Source: the human T2T-CHM13v2.0 reference genome, Homo sapiens
Length of the DNA stretch: 64,000 nt
Strand: one strand, 5' to 3'
NCBI RefSeq assembly: GCF_009914755.1
Contig: NC_060931.1
Shown here: one piece after another, positions 12,384 through 28,636 of the stretch
Numbering within the stretch: the first letter of the stretch is position 1
Layout: each line of letters opens with the position of its first letter
Made by a program: the position numbers and the translations under genes
The notes under the pieces: generated by a model
Databases searched by the model: none
The model's input: the letters and a program-made list of their open reading frames with translations, nothing else
Told to the model about the DNA's origin: nothing

Positions 12384-14754
12384 TCATCTTACAAATATTT
12401 ATTGAACACCTTCCATGTGCCAGACAGTTTGGCCCTGGGAATAAAACCCTATCTCCATTCTTTAAAAAGTTTCTTATCTTTCTTAGTAAGCAAATAGAAC
12501 CCAATGGCAGAGCGTGTTAAGTGCTAGGATAGAATGACTGGAATCTTCTGACTGTAGACTTTCCCCACAGAAACACTCTTATGTCAGTGGTGATAAAGTT
12601 CTCTGGATAAGCCACATATGGCTCAGTAACCCTTTTTATAGATAAACAGTTCTGCTTTTTGAGCCTTGGTTCTTAACCTTTAAAATATCCATGAAAGTTG
12701 AGGACCTACGCACCTGGGAAATGCACGTTTGCAGTTTCTGGGGGGCTCCCAGACACTCATCCATGCAGCCTTAGTTTAGAACACCAGTTCTCTGGGCCCA
12801 TAGTCCCAGTTTCAGCTCACCATTCCAGGAGAACCAGTGGGTCACCTCTACTCTCCTTCTCCTCCTTGTGTCCTGGGGTGGAAGGGGATGAAGGAGGGAG
12901 GAGGGGGGACTCTAGAGCTTTGGGGTGGGTGACAGATGAGTACCAAGGCCTGACCGCTGGGCAGGGACAGGGTGTGCCTGGCCTTGGGCTGGGTGCTGGG
13001 GAGTGGGAGATGGGTGAAGGAGCAAGGCCACCTGATGTGACAAGGGGCTCCACGGGCTGGCAGCAGGGGCAGCACCTCTGCACTGGGCTGGCCACAGCAT
13101 GTCAGGAGGGAGCAGCAGCAGCTATCTGGAAGCCTGGTGGTGTTAGAATCATGTATGTGAGCAGTGGAGGCTGAAAGCCTAGCTCTCGCAAACCCCAGAA
13201 AGTGTCTCTTAGCTTTTCCGTTTGCCGTTTGCTTTTCCATGGCTTTGATCGCGGTCAAACTCCGATTTCCCGCGTGTGTGATTCCAGAGTTCTTCTGGAG
13301 GCGAGGTTACGGGAGGTCTGCAGCATGTCTGACCTGCAGCCCCGGCTCACTGGCCTGGCTGTAGGGAGTTAGTGGATGGAGAGTGGCTGGACAGTTTGGA
13401 GACCAGGTAACCCAGCGTGGGGTCCTCCCTGGAGAAACCCCCAGTGCTCCTGCGACATCGGCCTGGCTTCAGGGCTCTGCTATTTGAATGTGATGCTCAA
13501 CTCTCCAATAAATGGTCGTCTGTGTTAGGCTTGCTTCCAGAAAGAGCTCAGGGATGGTTTTGGGTTTTGTTCTGCTTCTTTTCAATATGGGAGGAACCTT
13601 CTCTGATGGGAGAAAAGAGAGGAGGAGAACCACATTCCTGAGATGCTGTGATTTTATCATGAAACCATCCCCAGCCCTCATCCTGGTGACGTCAGTCGGC
13701 CCAGTCCTACTCCAGAACGCTTCTTGGGTGTCTGTCTGCAGGACTTTGCTCAGTTAATTTTTGTCTCCTCTAAAACAGACCCCGTTGCTCTGGGAGGAGA
13801 GCCGAGCTGCGGCTCAGGGGCCGTCACTGGTCATTTTTGCCCTGATGTATTTTTGCCTCTACATTTCTTGATCTCTGGAACGTTAATCCCAACGATGCCT
13901 GGTCTGCGGTGCTCACAGTCTGTGTCTGTGCTTTCTACACCTGTCCTGCTCAGATGCACATGATGTCACACCCAGGTCTCCATCCTGGCTCTTGTTGGCT
14001 GCGGCGGCAGCCCTGACTGTCGGAGACGCCTGGCTCAGCATGCCCACCTTGCAACAGGGAGCACCCTGTGCTGCTCACAGAACTGCCCATCCACTTTCTT
14101 TTCCTTTCCTGGGTGCCAACATCTTCCTCTGCCCCTTCTACGCCGGCCTGGCGCATTTCTCTGATTTCTGTGTTCCCGGGTAGCAGTTGTAAAAATTCAG
14201 GCTTGGGAGTTGTCTTGAGATAGGACTTGGAAAGGAATCTTTTACCATCGTTGAAATTGGCTAGATTTGTGGATTCCTTCCCGACCCTGGCAGGCACGGT
14301 GAGGGGAGGAGGTCCCTCCTTTTTATTGATCAGGATGCACTGTGTGCGGGGTAAGCCAGGAAGCCACGCACCTGATGCTATCTCTGCCATGGGGAGGAGG
14401 ACAGAGGATGGGAAGATGCTGTGAACTTTTATGATTCGTTTTTCACTCTCGGTGAGAAAAGGAGCTAGCAGGATGGGTGAGGGAGTGGAGGGTAGTAATA
14501 TATAGTTGTGGCCTGGGCCCAAACGCATTTAGTCACTGCCTCGACAGCCTTTATATAGACACCACCAGAGTGACTCAGCCTGGAAAAAGAGAGTCACTTA
14601 AAAATAAAGTTGCGACTCCAGTGGACACGTGGTGCACAGGCTGCCCTGAGATAGTCACCAGGGCTCCATGGCCCTGCACACCCCCCAGGACCCTGGGCGA
14701 GTCAGGTGGTGAAGTGAGGGTGATCGTTGTAACCCCATCTTGGCATTGACGTGA

Positions 14755-15643
<889 letters not shown>

Positions 15644-15649
15644 AAAAGT

Positions 15650-15880
15650 AGATTTCTATAGAGATAGAAACCCCCAGGGGTGAGGGGATAGAGGAATGAG
15701 GAATGACTGATAGTTGGTATGAGGTTTCTTTTTGGAATATAAAAATGTCCTAGAATAAGACAGTGGTGATACTTGCACAACTTTGAATATGCCAAATGCC
15801 ACTGAACTGTGTACTTTAAATGGGTGAGTTGTATGGTATATAAATTATACATCAATAAAGCTGTTATTTAAAAAAAAAAT
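15650..15880 (+). mobile_element. Old L1 (L1M) 3'-end fragment
   Basis: ...gccactgaactgtgtactttaaatgggtgagttgtatggtatataaattatacatcaataaagctgtt followed by an A-tail, typical of an L1MB/MC 3' UTR. Confidence 0.7.
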
Positions 15881-15882
15881 TC

Positions 15883-16200
15883 AGCCAGGTGCAGTAGCTC
15901 ACGCTTATAATCCCAGCACTTTGGGAGGCTGAGGCAGATGGATTGCTTTTGCTCAGGAGTTGGAGACCAGCCTGGGCAATATAGTGAGACCTCACCCCTA
16001 CAGAAAAATAGAAATATTAGCTGGGAGTGGTGGTGCGTACCTATGGTCCCAGCTACTCAGAAGGCTGAGGTAGGAGGGTCGCTTGAGTCTAGCAGGAGAT
16101 TGAGGCTTCAGTGAGCCATGATTGCACCACTGCACTCCAATGTGGGTGACAGAGTTATAACCCCCGTCTCAAAACAAACAAACAAACAAACAAACAAAAA
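15883..16200 (+). mobile_element. Alu (AluJ-like) with (AAAC)n tail
   Basis: Alu dimer. Confidence 0.9.
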
Positions 16201-17380
16201 ACCTAAACTAAATTAAAAAAGAATTCCTCTCTTCATGGGGGTGTCAGAAACCCCCGAAGAGATTTCTTATTCAGTTGTTCTCTCATCCTCTAAAGAAACT
16301 CCCCACAGAAAAGTATCTTGTGAATTTTCATTTTTGCAGGGGGCAGTTTGGTTTTAAAAAGTCTACTCCAGGATTTGGCAAAATGAGAAAACCCCAGTAA
16401 TCAACTTGTGTGTTTAATCATTCTAGAATCACCTACTGTTAAGTTATAATAAGCCTTTAACTAGAAAAAGTTTAAAAATTAAAAGTGAACTTTTAACTGT
16501 TACCAATTAAACCCTTTAAGCCAGTTTATCAACCCAAGACATTATTTTCTTTCTTTTGGGTCTCTAGGGGAGAAGAGGTGCCTTGAGTGGGACCAGTAAT
16601 GAAGGCAATTTGAACCTAATTCGGGCCCCAGTCAGGGAAGGTGGCTGCATTATCCCCCTACATCCCAGCAAGACTTTGCCGCATGGTCTGGAGGGCACCA
16701 GCAGGGGCCTGTAGGGAAGAGGAGGTTGCCTGGGCCCAGGGACATTGAATGCTAGTCAAGCCCTGGTTTCATTTGCTCCAACAGCATTAATAGTATTGTG
16801 ACCTCCATGGCACTGTGACAGAAACTTAACCCCAGTTTCTTCGTCTGCAAAAAACATACCCTGCCTACTTCAAGGGGTCCTGGAGGCTGAATGTCCAGTC
16901 TCAGGCCAGGAGTAGAACGCATAACTAGTAAGTGGTGACGTGCAGTGACCTTGAGCAAGGTCAAAAACTGTTCTAAGACTTGGTCCCCTTATGTATAAGC
17001 AGGAAGAATTGGTGCTATCCCATTTCACCCAGGAGGTGAAATGAATTCAGATGCACAGAGCATATAGTAGGTGCTCAACAAACACCCTCCTCTCTTCTTT
17101 CCTTCCTTGCTTTCTTTTACAAGTAGTCCTGAGCCCTTTTCTAGGGCCAGGGGCAGTCAGATACAGCAGGGATGGAGGGAGAAGATTCCAGATCTCACAG
17201 AGATCTGGCAGTGGCCAAGTAAACAAATGATGCACAAGATAATTTCAGGTGGCGGTAAGAGCTCAGACAGAACAAGATGGCAGTGAGTGATCAAGGATGG
17301 GCGAAGGTACTTTGGGGAGTCAGAGAACGTGTTTTGATCTTAAGAATGCAAAATGACTTTTTGTATCACCTGTCAACACA

Positions 17381-17408
<28 letters not shown>
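17381..17408. repeat. (AC)14 microsatellite
   Basis: Direct reading. Confidence 0.92.
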
Positions 17409-17411
<3 letters not shown>

Positions 17412-17607
17412 GGCTTTAGTGCAAATTTTGAAATAACCATTGATTAATTTTGGCAAGCTGTTAGCAGTGGAGTCCCCCACATTTCTTCCATGTAAAGCCC
17501 TGATCATCTTGGCTGTAACCACTCACTTACTTTGAAGCGTCAGATTCAGTCTCTCTGCTTTCTAAGACCAGGGATGCTATTTAATCTGGGCATTAGAAAA
17601 TTCAGCT

Positions 17608-17895
17608 GGCCAAGTGCGGTAGCTCATTTCTGTAATCCCAGCACTTTGGAGGCTGAGGTGGGAGGACTGCTTGAGACCAGGAGTTTGAGACCAGCTGGGG
17701 CAACATAGCGAGACCCCATCTCTACAAAAAAATGAAGAAATTAGCCGGGCGTGGTGGTGCATACCTGTAATTCAGGAGGCTGAGGTAGGAGGATCCCTTG
17801 AGCCCAGGAGTTCAAGACTGCAGTGAGCTATGATTGCGTCACTGCACCCCAGCCTGGGCGGCAGAGCAAGACCCTATCTTCAAAAAAAACAAAAA
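17608..17895 (+). mobile_element. Alu (AluJ-like)
   Basis: Alu dimer. Confidence 0.9.
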
Positions 17896-17979
17896 CACAC
17901 ACACAAAATTAGTCAATGAATTGTGGAGTTTCAAAGAGACCTTATTTTGTTTGTTTGTTTTCTGGGCCAAAGGCCCAGA

Positions 17980-18031
17980 AATTCTTAGGTAATTCTTCGG
18001 TAATTAATTCTTAGGCAATTCTTAGGTAATT
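17980..18031. repeat. Short tandem repeat of AATTCTTAGGT-like 11-mers (~4 copies)
   Basis: aattcttaggt aattcttcggt aatt aattcttaggc aattcttaggt aatt. Confidence 0.8.
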
Positions 18032-18566
18032 AACGAGGAGCTAATCTCCCAGTTGCTCTGTTCCTTGTCACTGGAAGTGGTCAGAGCTGTTGCGGGGCTT
18101 GGCCCAGGGGCGGCGGGTGGCATCTGAAGACCCCGCAGGCCCTGCTTTCCTTCCGGGAGCATCTCAGGACGGCCGCTTTGTCTGTCTGCCCCCGCCCCTT
18201 GCTGAAACGTCAACAAGGCCGGCATCCCCTTTCCTTCCTGAGAGCCATGTGTCGCTTCCTTCATGTGTCCAGCCGTTTTTACAGGGCTATTTTAAGTATA
18301 AAAGACGCATTATCTGAGAGTTTAATAACTGTCAAAAGGGAAGCACTGTCATTAGATTCATGTGCCCTGGAATTTTAGTCAAAAACATGCTGCGTTCTAT
18401 CACGTCTAAGCCTCTATTTTCTTATCTCAAAAAATAGGAATGATAACGACCTCGGAGTCATTATGGGCTGGATGAACTCTTATAGGGATTCAGAACAACC
18501 CAGGCACCAAGTAGAAGGTCAATAAATGGCTTATTGTGTTCATGTTACCAAAATCTACTCTTTTGA

Positions 18567-19200
<634 letters not shown>

Positions 19201-19230
19201 ACAAATGGACTTTAAAGTTATAAATGTGAC

Positions 19231-19428
19231 GGAGGGCAGTGGCTCACACCTAGAATCCCAGCACTTTGGGAGGCTGAGGCTGGCGGATCACTTGAGCTCA
19301 GGAGTTTGAGGCAGGAGAATCGCTTGAACCCAGGAGATGGGGGTTGCAGTAAGCCAAGATCGTGCCACTGCACTCCAGCCTAGGCTACAGAGTGAGACTC
19401 CGTCTCAAAATAAATAAAAATAAAATAA
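19231..19428 (+). mobile_element. Alu with internal deletion
   Basis: Left arm jumps directly to the right arm at caggagtttgaggcaggagaat. Confidence 0.85.
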
Positions 19429-20033
19429 AGCTATAAACGAACACTTAAAAAAATTATTAAAGCCTAGGGTAGACCCTAGTTTCTACTGCGGACTTGAACA
19501 GATACAGTAAAATTAAAACTTGCCTTCTTCCATATGTGTCTAGAGAGTAATTTTCTCTCCTTTTGCATTAGTTTCACTGTTCATAGAGTGGAAATGTTTG
19601 CTGCTGGACTTTCTTTTTTGAAGCTATTCTTTGAGAGTAGCCCATAACTTGTCTTTCTGGTCAATAACCTCAACTGAAATGCATTCTGAATGGAGAACGT
19701 CATTCTGTGTAGGATTTAATAATAACTTCAGCACAGAAAAGCACTCTCTGCCTCTTCTCAGCAAACAACTTTGTTGAGCATGATTTTAAAGGTGTAACGG
19801 CTAAATGTGAAAGCCATATGATTTGGTTGAAATCGTGGTGAGCTGTTATTAATATTTATTGAGTACTTGCTAGGAGTCAGGCATTATGCTAAGTGCATGA
19901 CCATCATTTCTCTGCCCCTGGAAGTCACCCTGGGAGCTAAGTATCATCGGTGCCACTTAATGAAGCGTAAGCCACCCACCCACCTACCAGGATTTTCCCG
20001 GGCAGACAGACTCCTGGGAATGAGGCCATATAA

Positions 20034-20372
<339 letters not shown>

Positions 20373-21044
20373 CAGAAGCCAAATTTTTAGTCACTTAACC
20401 ATTAGCAATTCCTCTTCTATTAGATTTTTTTTAAAATTGCTTTTGAGTATTTCTTTGAAGTGGCATACTCATTTAAAGGATTCTATATGTCAGGGGGAAT
20501 GTTTTCTAGGAGGGTACTTAGGAAGGAACATATCGTTATAGCCTAAAATTTGCCATTGGCCTGTGAAAGCCTTCTTAACTTACGGAATTGATTATAAGCC
20601 AAAGCGTGGGAAAATCTCCCCTTCCACTTTGAGATTATGTCAGTCAAGAAAATGACAATTGGATACCAAGCCATGCTAACTCTGATACTTGCTGTCTTCG
20701 TTTTCTTCTTTCTTTGGCTAGGGGGATGGAGCGCGTGTGGTGTGGGTGGGACTAGTCACTGAGCATGTTATTGACTAACATTGGCTTTTCATTTTAACTT
20801 GCAAATGTGAGTGGCATAAAAGTGAGTTTACGAGGAGCATGACTGGCCTGTTATGCAGAGTCTTGTAATTTTGTTTGTGGCCCTTTATTTTAAGAAGATG
20901 TTGTGTTATATAGTTGGTGTCCTTAAAGGAGTATATAATTGGATCTGGAAGCTTAGATTGTGATTCTGACTTGGCCACTTAATGAATGCAAGATCTGAGC
21001 AAGCCATGACCTCTCTGTTGTTCAGTCTAAGAAAGGAGGTGTTG

Positions 21045-21388
<344 letters not shown>

Positions 21389-21614
21389 TTATTCCTATTG
21401 ATCTTACCTGTGGGCCCAAGACTTAGGCACATCCCTTTCTTCTTAAAAGGCATCACCTCCTCTGCCTCTTGGAGTTTTCCTACCCAGAATTCATTCATGT
21501 GTGCAGCAAATATTCCTGGCAGTCCCATTGTGTGTGGAATGGGGTAAACCAGGAAGACTGTTGTGAGGGCTCAGTAACTTCAGGGACACAGCCGTCGTAG
21601 CTTATAATGGCAGC

Positions 21615-21795
21615 TGATATTTAGTGAGCACTTACTGCATATCCAGTACTATTCTAAACACTGGAAAGGCATTTAACTAACTTAACACTCACAGGATCCC
21701 TACGAAACAGGTACAGTGTTTATTTCTGTTTCAAAGAGAGGGAAACTGAGGCCCAGAGAGGAGGAGTAACTTGCCTAGGCCCACAGGTGGCAAAG
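21615..21795 (-). mobile_element. MIR fragment
   Basis: MIR core gaaactgaggcccagagagg...aacttgcc. Confidence 0.7.
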
Positions 21796-21803
21796 CTGCC
21801 TGA

Positions 21804-22106
<303 letters not shown>

Positions 22107-25100
22107 TAAATTGGCTTTTATTGGAATCTCATTAAATTTGTAGATTTGGAGAGGCTTTAGAAGGCATTTTCAAGTTTTGATTGATTGTTTTAGATTTCAT
22201 TCATAGGTGAATTTCATTCTCTATATTTTACTTGAGGGATCCACGGAAACTACCTACATGGACTTCACTTACTCTGGTTCATTGTGTGGGATACAAAATC
22301 GTCAAAATTGAAGGATTGATCATTGTGTCTGGAGCCAGGCATAAAAATAAACCTCACTCTGTTATCATAGGTGGCTGTGATTAAGATCGAGGGAAATGTC
22401 GGCCCTGGGCCTCCTAACATTGACAGTTTCCTTCAGAAGATTAAGTGCGGCTTCATTTTTGGCCCGGGCCATCAGTAGCTTAAAGCCATTACTGTCTATT
22501 GGCTGTTTGGTTTGTCTGAAATATGGGGCCGGCGTCAGCCTATTTCCCTGGGGTCAGGTGTGTTCACATAATCAAAGTGCCAGGAACCCATATCGCATGC
22601 AAGCGTGTGTGTTCAAATTAGCCTTCTCCAGGGAGGAATTCACAGCACCAGGAATACGCGCAGAGATGTTCTTTTGCACTTTTGCATTTTAAAACGTGCA
22701 TCGCTTACGAGCGCAGCATTTTCAAGCCTTTTCTTGAGATCAGCTCGTTCAGTTACATGTGCTTTTGAAGATGACCATTTGTGAAACCATCAGCCACTGG
22801 CAAAGTGAAGAAAAATGAAGATTTCGGCCTGGTTGATGTGTGCTCGGGGAAAGGTGATAGCTTCTGTTTCCTTGAATTAAAAGCTGCAGACAAGTATATT
22901 TTCATTTATTTTGTTTATAAATCAACAACCCACGAAAGGTATTTCATACGTATTTAAATGATTGCTTTGCCGCCATCAAGAAAAAATACTGTTTCACTTA
23001 ACAGTGAATTGAGACAAGGAAAAGTGATGTGTGAATAGAAATAAAGAAATTAAAGTAAAAAACAGGATCAGGGTAGGTTCTAGGGCTAATAATTTAAGAA
23101 CAGAACATGTGGTTTAACTCTTTTTGCCACTCTAAGGAGAGGTGATATTTGTATTTTTCTTTTTACTGAAACCAGATCGTGAGACACGCTTTTCATTCAT
23201 ACTTGAAACTTGATAAAATGTTTGGCTTTATATTAATTTTCTCAATTATAAGTGTGGGAAATGAATTCGTTGATAACCCTTTTCAAGTAAATGAACTGAT
23301 TAGAACCAGAAGAGCCGAGAGTCATTTTTATTTTAAAATTCTTTTTGCATGAACACATGTAGTGTTGAGGAATATGTGGAAAATTGAAATATTGCTTCTC
23401 TCCTACCGTGTCTCCAGTGCCTCGATAAATCACCTTTTTTTTTTCCTTTTAAAATGTCTGGCCTTATAATTTATGTTTGCATAACCCATTACTAAATTCA
23501 TAGTAGGTGTTTTAGTTGGCAGGCATTATTCCAGGGATTTGGAGGAGTTTAAAAAAAATACAGAGCCTTTGTTAGTATTTATACTAAGTGGACATTTTCC
23601 TTTTTTAACAACAACAACAAAAAAGAATTAGATTTTTAAAAAAGAATTCAGAGCTAGCTATTTACCTTTTTCCTAGACAAACACTATTAAGTCCATATTC
23701 TCACATTATTCATTGTCTTAATGGAGATTAAGATTTCTTAATGGACTTTATTATAGCTTTTCTTTCTTTTTTTCAAAATTAGAACTGGCCGAAGAAAATG
23801 CTTCTACTATTAAGATCAGATGAATTTCTACAGAATTTTCAGTAGGTGTCATGTTGTATAGGAAATAAACATTTCTGTTTTAGTAGGTTTTCGATTTCTT
23901 ACCTCCCGTTGACCGTTTTGATCATAAAGTGAAGATGAATACATTCATTCATTTACTGCAGTCTTTGGTACTTGAACAGAAATAGCAGCGTTCTTGGTTT
24001 GTTCGCATACTTGTGGCTTACCTTTGAGACTTTCTAATTTTTAACCAGACATTTAAAAATAGCCATTCTGTCTTTTAGCCCTAATTTAGAAAAACTTGTA
24101 GCGCTTTCCTTTGAAATGATGAAAAAAAAAGTTCTTTCTGTTTTCTATCATCAAAGTTTAAAAAGCGATGTTTGGATATTTTAAAAGCCGGAAAGACCAT
24201 GTATGGCGTGCTGAGGAAGTTTGCTTTGTTTGATCATTTTCTCTTCCCCTCACCCCCATCAGCTGGCTAATAATGTTTTCCATGTTAAATGTGTATCACA
24301 GCCTGTTGAAATCCCTGTGGTTAATCAGAAGAGAAGTTGTTTCTATCCTATGGAACCTTAATACAGTTGTCAGGAGGTTTGTGAACAGAAATTCAGAATT
24401 CATCACACTGTAACGATGATCTAAAGGTCAAGTTGTACAGTATAAATTTGAAAATCTCTCTCTGACTTCCTTTCTACCTAAATTAGAGCCTAAAAGTCAT
24501 GAGAATTTTGTCTTCTTTTTGTTTATTTTAGAGATAGCATAGTCGATGTTTTAAAAAGTTGCCACCTTTTCACTATAATGCGCTCCCATTATCAGAGATG
24601 TTTATTCTGGTTGTATCTCTCTGACAACCTTCAATACTTAACAGAATAATTTAGTTTGGATTCAAAGAAGTGCCTCTTCTATTTCTGTGTTTGTTTCTAG
24701 AAACTTTGAGGTGGAGGAATTATTGTTCCTTCTTCTTGGCAATGTTCAGGGTTTCACGAATCTGACTTTTAAAAGCCCAGCTCTCAGCCCCGAGCCTCTC
24801 ATGAGTTAAAGAAAGGGTTTTGCAGCTTTTGGTAGACGAGAAACACATTTTATGGCTCTTCATGAAGTTGCCCGCTCCGTCCACGTCCTGTCCTCTTCCT
24901 CCTTCCCAGTTTCTGGGCTCCCTGGCTCTTGTCATGAGGCTTTCAGTTTTGTGTCCCAGAAAGCGCTTCCCCCGGGGACAGTGCCATGCCAAGGCTGGGA
25001 GAAGGGAAAAAGGAGGTGTTTATCGCCTTGAAGATGCCTTCCAGCCTTTATTATTAACTCCCTTCCAAAGTAAACTTTCGGGTTTTTTTCAAGTCTGTTC

Positions 25101-25254
25101 TGGCCAAAGTACAGTTGGGTTTGCCGTGTTCTCTAGGAGTAGAGGTGAAAACAGCATTGCCCGGGGTGAGGAGCAGGAGGAGGAAGGGTCCACGTATAGG
25201 AGTGGATGGAGGGGATCTGTGAGACAGCTGCTGGGACAGATCCGACTTGGAGAC

Positions 25255-25667
25255 TGTCAGGCCTCTGAGCCCAAGCTAAGCCATCATATCCCCTGTGACC
25301 TGCACGTACACATCCAGATGGCCGGTTCCTGCCTTTACTGATGACATTCCACCACAAAAGAAGTGAAAATGGCCTGTTCCTGCCTTAACTGATGACATTA
25401 TCTTGTGAAATTCCTTCTCCTGGCTCATCCTGGCTCAAAAGCTCCCCTACTGAGCACCTTGTGACCCCCACTCTGCCCGCCAGAGAACAAACCCCTTTTG
25501 ACTGTAATTTTCCTTTACCTACCCAAATCCTATAAAACGGCCCCACCCCTTTCTCCCTTCGCTGACTCTCTTTTCAGACTCAGCCCACCTGCACCCAGGT
25601 GAAATAAACAGCTTTATTGCTCACACAAAGCCTGTTTGGTGGTCTTTTCACACGGACGTGAGTGAAA
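25255..25667 (+). mobile_element. HERV-H solo LTR (LTR7 family), 413 bp
   Basis: Begins TGTCAGGCCTCTGAGCCCAAGCTAAGCCATCAT. Has two internal GTTCCTGCCTTWACTGATGACATT repeats, TATAAAA at 25531 and AATAAA at 25603, and ends ...GTGAAA. Flanked by a 5-bp GAGAC TSD (25250-25254 / 25668-25672). Confidence 0.93.
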
Positions 25668-26229
25668 GAGACTGCCATTCATGAATGGACAAGGCCTGGC
25701 TCCGTCCACGCTTTCCCAGCTCTGTGTCCTGCCATCGGACATGCTGGCACATCTGCTGTGGGTGCCCTGCACTTCTCCGGGCACTCCTGGCCCAGCTGGG
25801 GAGGTTGGCATGGTATCCACCATTTTGTTCTAAAGTAGTAAATGAAACTCTTGGGAGGGCAGCACCCAGCAGATGTTTGGAGCTAGAGACAGGGCTCTGG
25901 GGATGTGTAGGAACCCGGACCTGGTGTGGCAATGGTGTGGGGCTGTCACGAGGCGTGAGGAGGCTGGGGTGGTGTTGGGGACAGCACACGATGCTGGGGC
26001 TCAGGCCAAGTGAAGCTTGGACTTCACTCTGTCTGAGGCTTTGCCAAGTGTCAGAGGGTGCACACTTGGGAGTCACATGGCCAGGCTCACATTTCCAGCC
26101 GAAGTTACACTCTACAGCCTGGCAGCAGATGGACGTTTGGGGACAGAGGTGGAGCCGGAACAGCTGAGACACTGTTTTAGAGGACTCTGCGAGAAACACG
26201 CTCTTAAAACAAGGAAGCGGTGGTTATGT

Positions 26230-26400
26230 CTTATTCAACAACGATCTGTTGTGGACCAGCTGTGTGCCAGGCAGTTGCAGGCCCTGAGGCTGCAGCAGTG
26301 AGCAGAAGGCCAAGGTCCCTGCCCTCGCGGTGCTTACATTCTAGTGGAGACAGATGTTAAACTACAGGGCAGGAAAACACTGTCAAGGAGATGCAGGTGG
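26230..26400 (-). mobile_element. L2 3'-end fragment
   Basis: attcaacaa...tgtgtgccaggca...ggtccctgccctc...cttacattctagtgg is typical of a reversed L2 3' end. Confidence 0.65.
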
Positions 26401-26466
26401 AGGATTCTGACTGTGGAACTGGGGCATAGAGACAGTGGGTTTTGAAAGCACTTGGCTGAGAAGGAT

Positions 26467-26494
26467 GGGAGGAGGGAGGAGGGAGGAGGGCGGG
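26467..26494 (+). other. G-quadruplex consensus (GGGAGGA)3GGGCGGG
   Basis: Five GGG runs with loops of 1-4 nt. Confidence 0.6.
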
Positions 26495-27740
26495 TACATC
26501 TGTAGATGGACCAGGTTAAGGTATGGACTTCCCCATCCTGACAAGGGGGAGCCCCAAGCTTGTTTTCAGGTGTGACGGGGGTGGGGAGAAAGAGAGCATT
26601 CCAAGAGAGGCACGAACGTCATTTCCAGAGCGAGATGAAGGTCACAGAGTTTGGGAGGAGATGGGATCCGGCACTCGGGCTGGCGAGCAGACAGGAGGGA
26701 ACTCAGGGAGATGGGAACCCCGGGGAGGAAGTTAGGGCAGGATCCCCTGGGAGTTTTCCCGGATACATAGGAGAAAAGGTTATCCTTCAAGGGTGAGCGG
26801 GGGCTAAGTGCAGGGGACAGAAGAGAGGAAAGCCCGGCGACCATCATGCCCGGCTGCCGTGGGTGGTCTGGATTGGAGGCGGCAGCCGGGCTGTGTTTGT
26901 GCGGAGGGTGGCAGGGGGCCAGCGGAGGAAACTGCCCAGGCGCCAGCCCTGCCGTCCCCACCGGCCTCCTCGCTTTGGGGTTTTGCTTTCTGCCCTGGCC
27001 ACGTGGGACCGGCTAGGTGGAGATCATGCAATCAGGGTTCCCAGCTCTCAGAACCATAATGGTTAAGCAAGCAGCTTCGTTTCCAGGCACGCAGGAGCTC
27101 CCCCGTGTCAGCGTTTTCCTAACATGGCTAATCATAAAAACCTCCTGGGTGTGTGTGTATGCTTGTTAAAAATACTGTCCCTGGGCCCCACCCTAGACTT
27201 AGTGAGACACAGTCACCGGGGAAGGGCCTGGGGACTTGCATTTAGAACCAGCTCCTGGAATGCTTACTCTGAGGCCAGTTTGGGCCCCCTCCCATGGCCT
27301 CCCTCTGTGTCCCTTCCTCCAGATGCTGATTGAGGATGTGTCCCCTGCCGGGACTGTGTTTGCATGTCTCTGTCTCTGTCACAAAGTAGATGCCTGGGGA
27401 GTGTGTGCTGCGTGGCCCCCTGAAGACCCTGTACCGGGATGTCAGCACCCCAGCCCCCAGCTCCTCCCCCTGTGAAAGACATTAGCTCCTGGAGGGGCTC
27501 AGGTGGTGGAAATGAATCTTAGCATCAATGTTTAGACCTAAAAGCCATCTCCAGGTCATCATAGCACATGACAGAGATAGAGGCAGAACCTGGTGGCCAT
27601 AGGATTATTTCTGAGCAAAGATCGCCCAAGCTTTGGCATAGGCCAGGGTTATTCACATGTCCGAGTCCCTGGAAGTGGGGTGTGAGGAGGTTGTGGGGGG
27701 CCTTCAGAATGAGGGAAAAGGGATAAATCAAAATCAAGTC

Positions 27741-28098
<358 letters not shown>

Positions 28099-28348
28099 TA
28101 GCAAATGTGAGTTCAGCAGACACCAAAGATTTTTATAAATCAAAGTAGACAGTCTTTAACGTTGAGAAGATTCTGTTAACTCATCTGTTCTACCCACACT
28201 CTTGCCCTTCCCTCCTCACAGAAAAGCCAGGAGAAGGGTGAATAATTGAATTACAGATGACAGTAAATATTTGGATCTAGCTGCTTATGAGGCCTTAATG
28301 ATATCAGTCAGTACAAAAGGTTGATATCCATGTTTTTTGGTGTGTGTA

Positions 28349-28636
<288 letters not shown>

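Noticed and set aside
24820-26199. 173-, 160- and 183-aa ORFs flanking the LTR as retroviral genes
   Set aside because: No gag/pol/env similarity, and matching TSDs show a solo LTR with no internal sequence.
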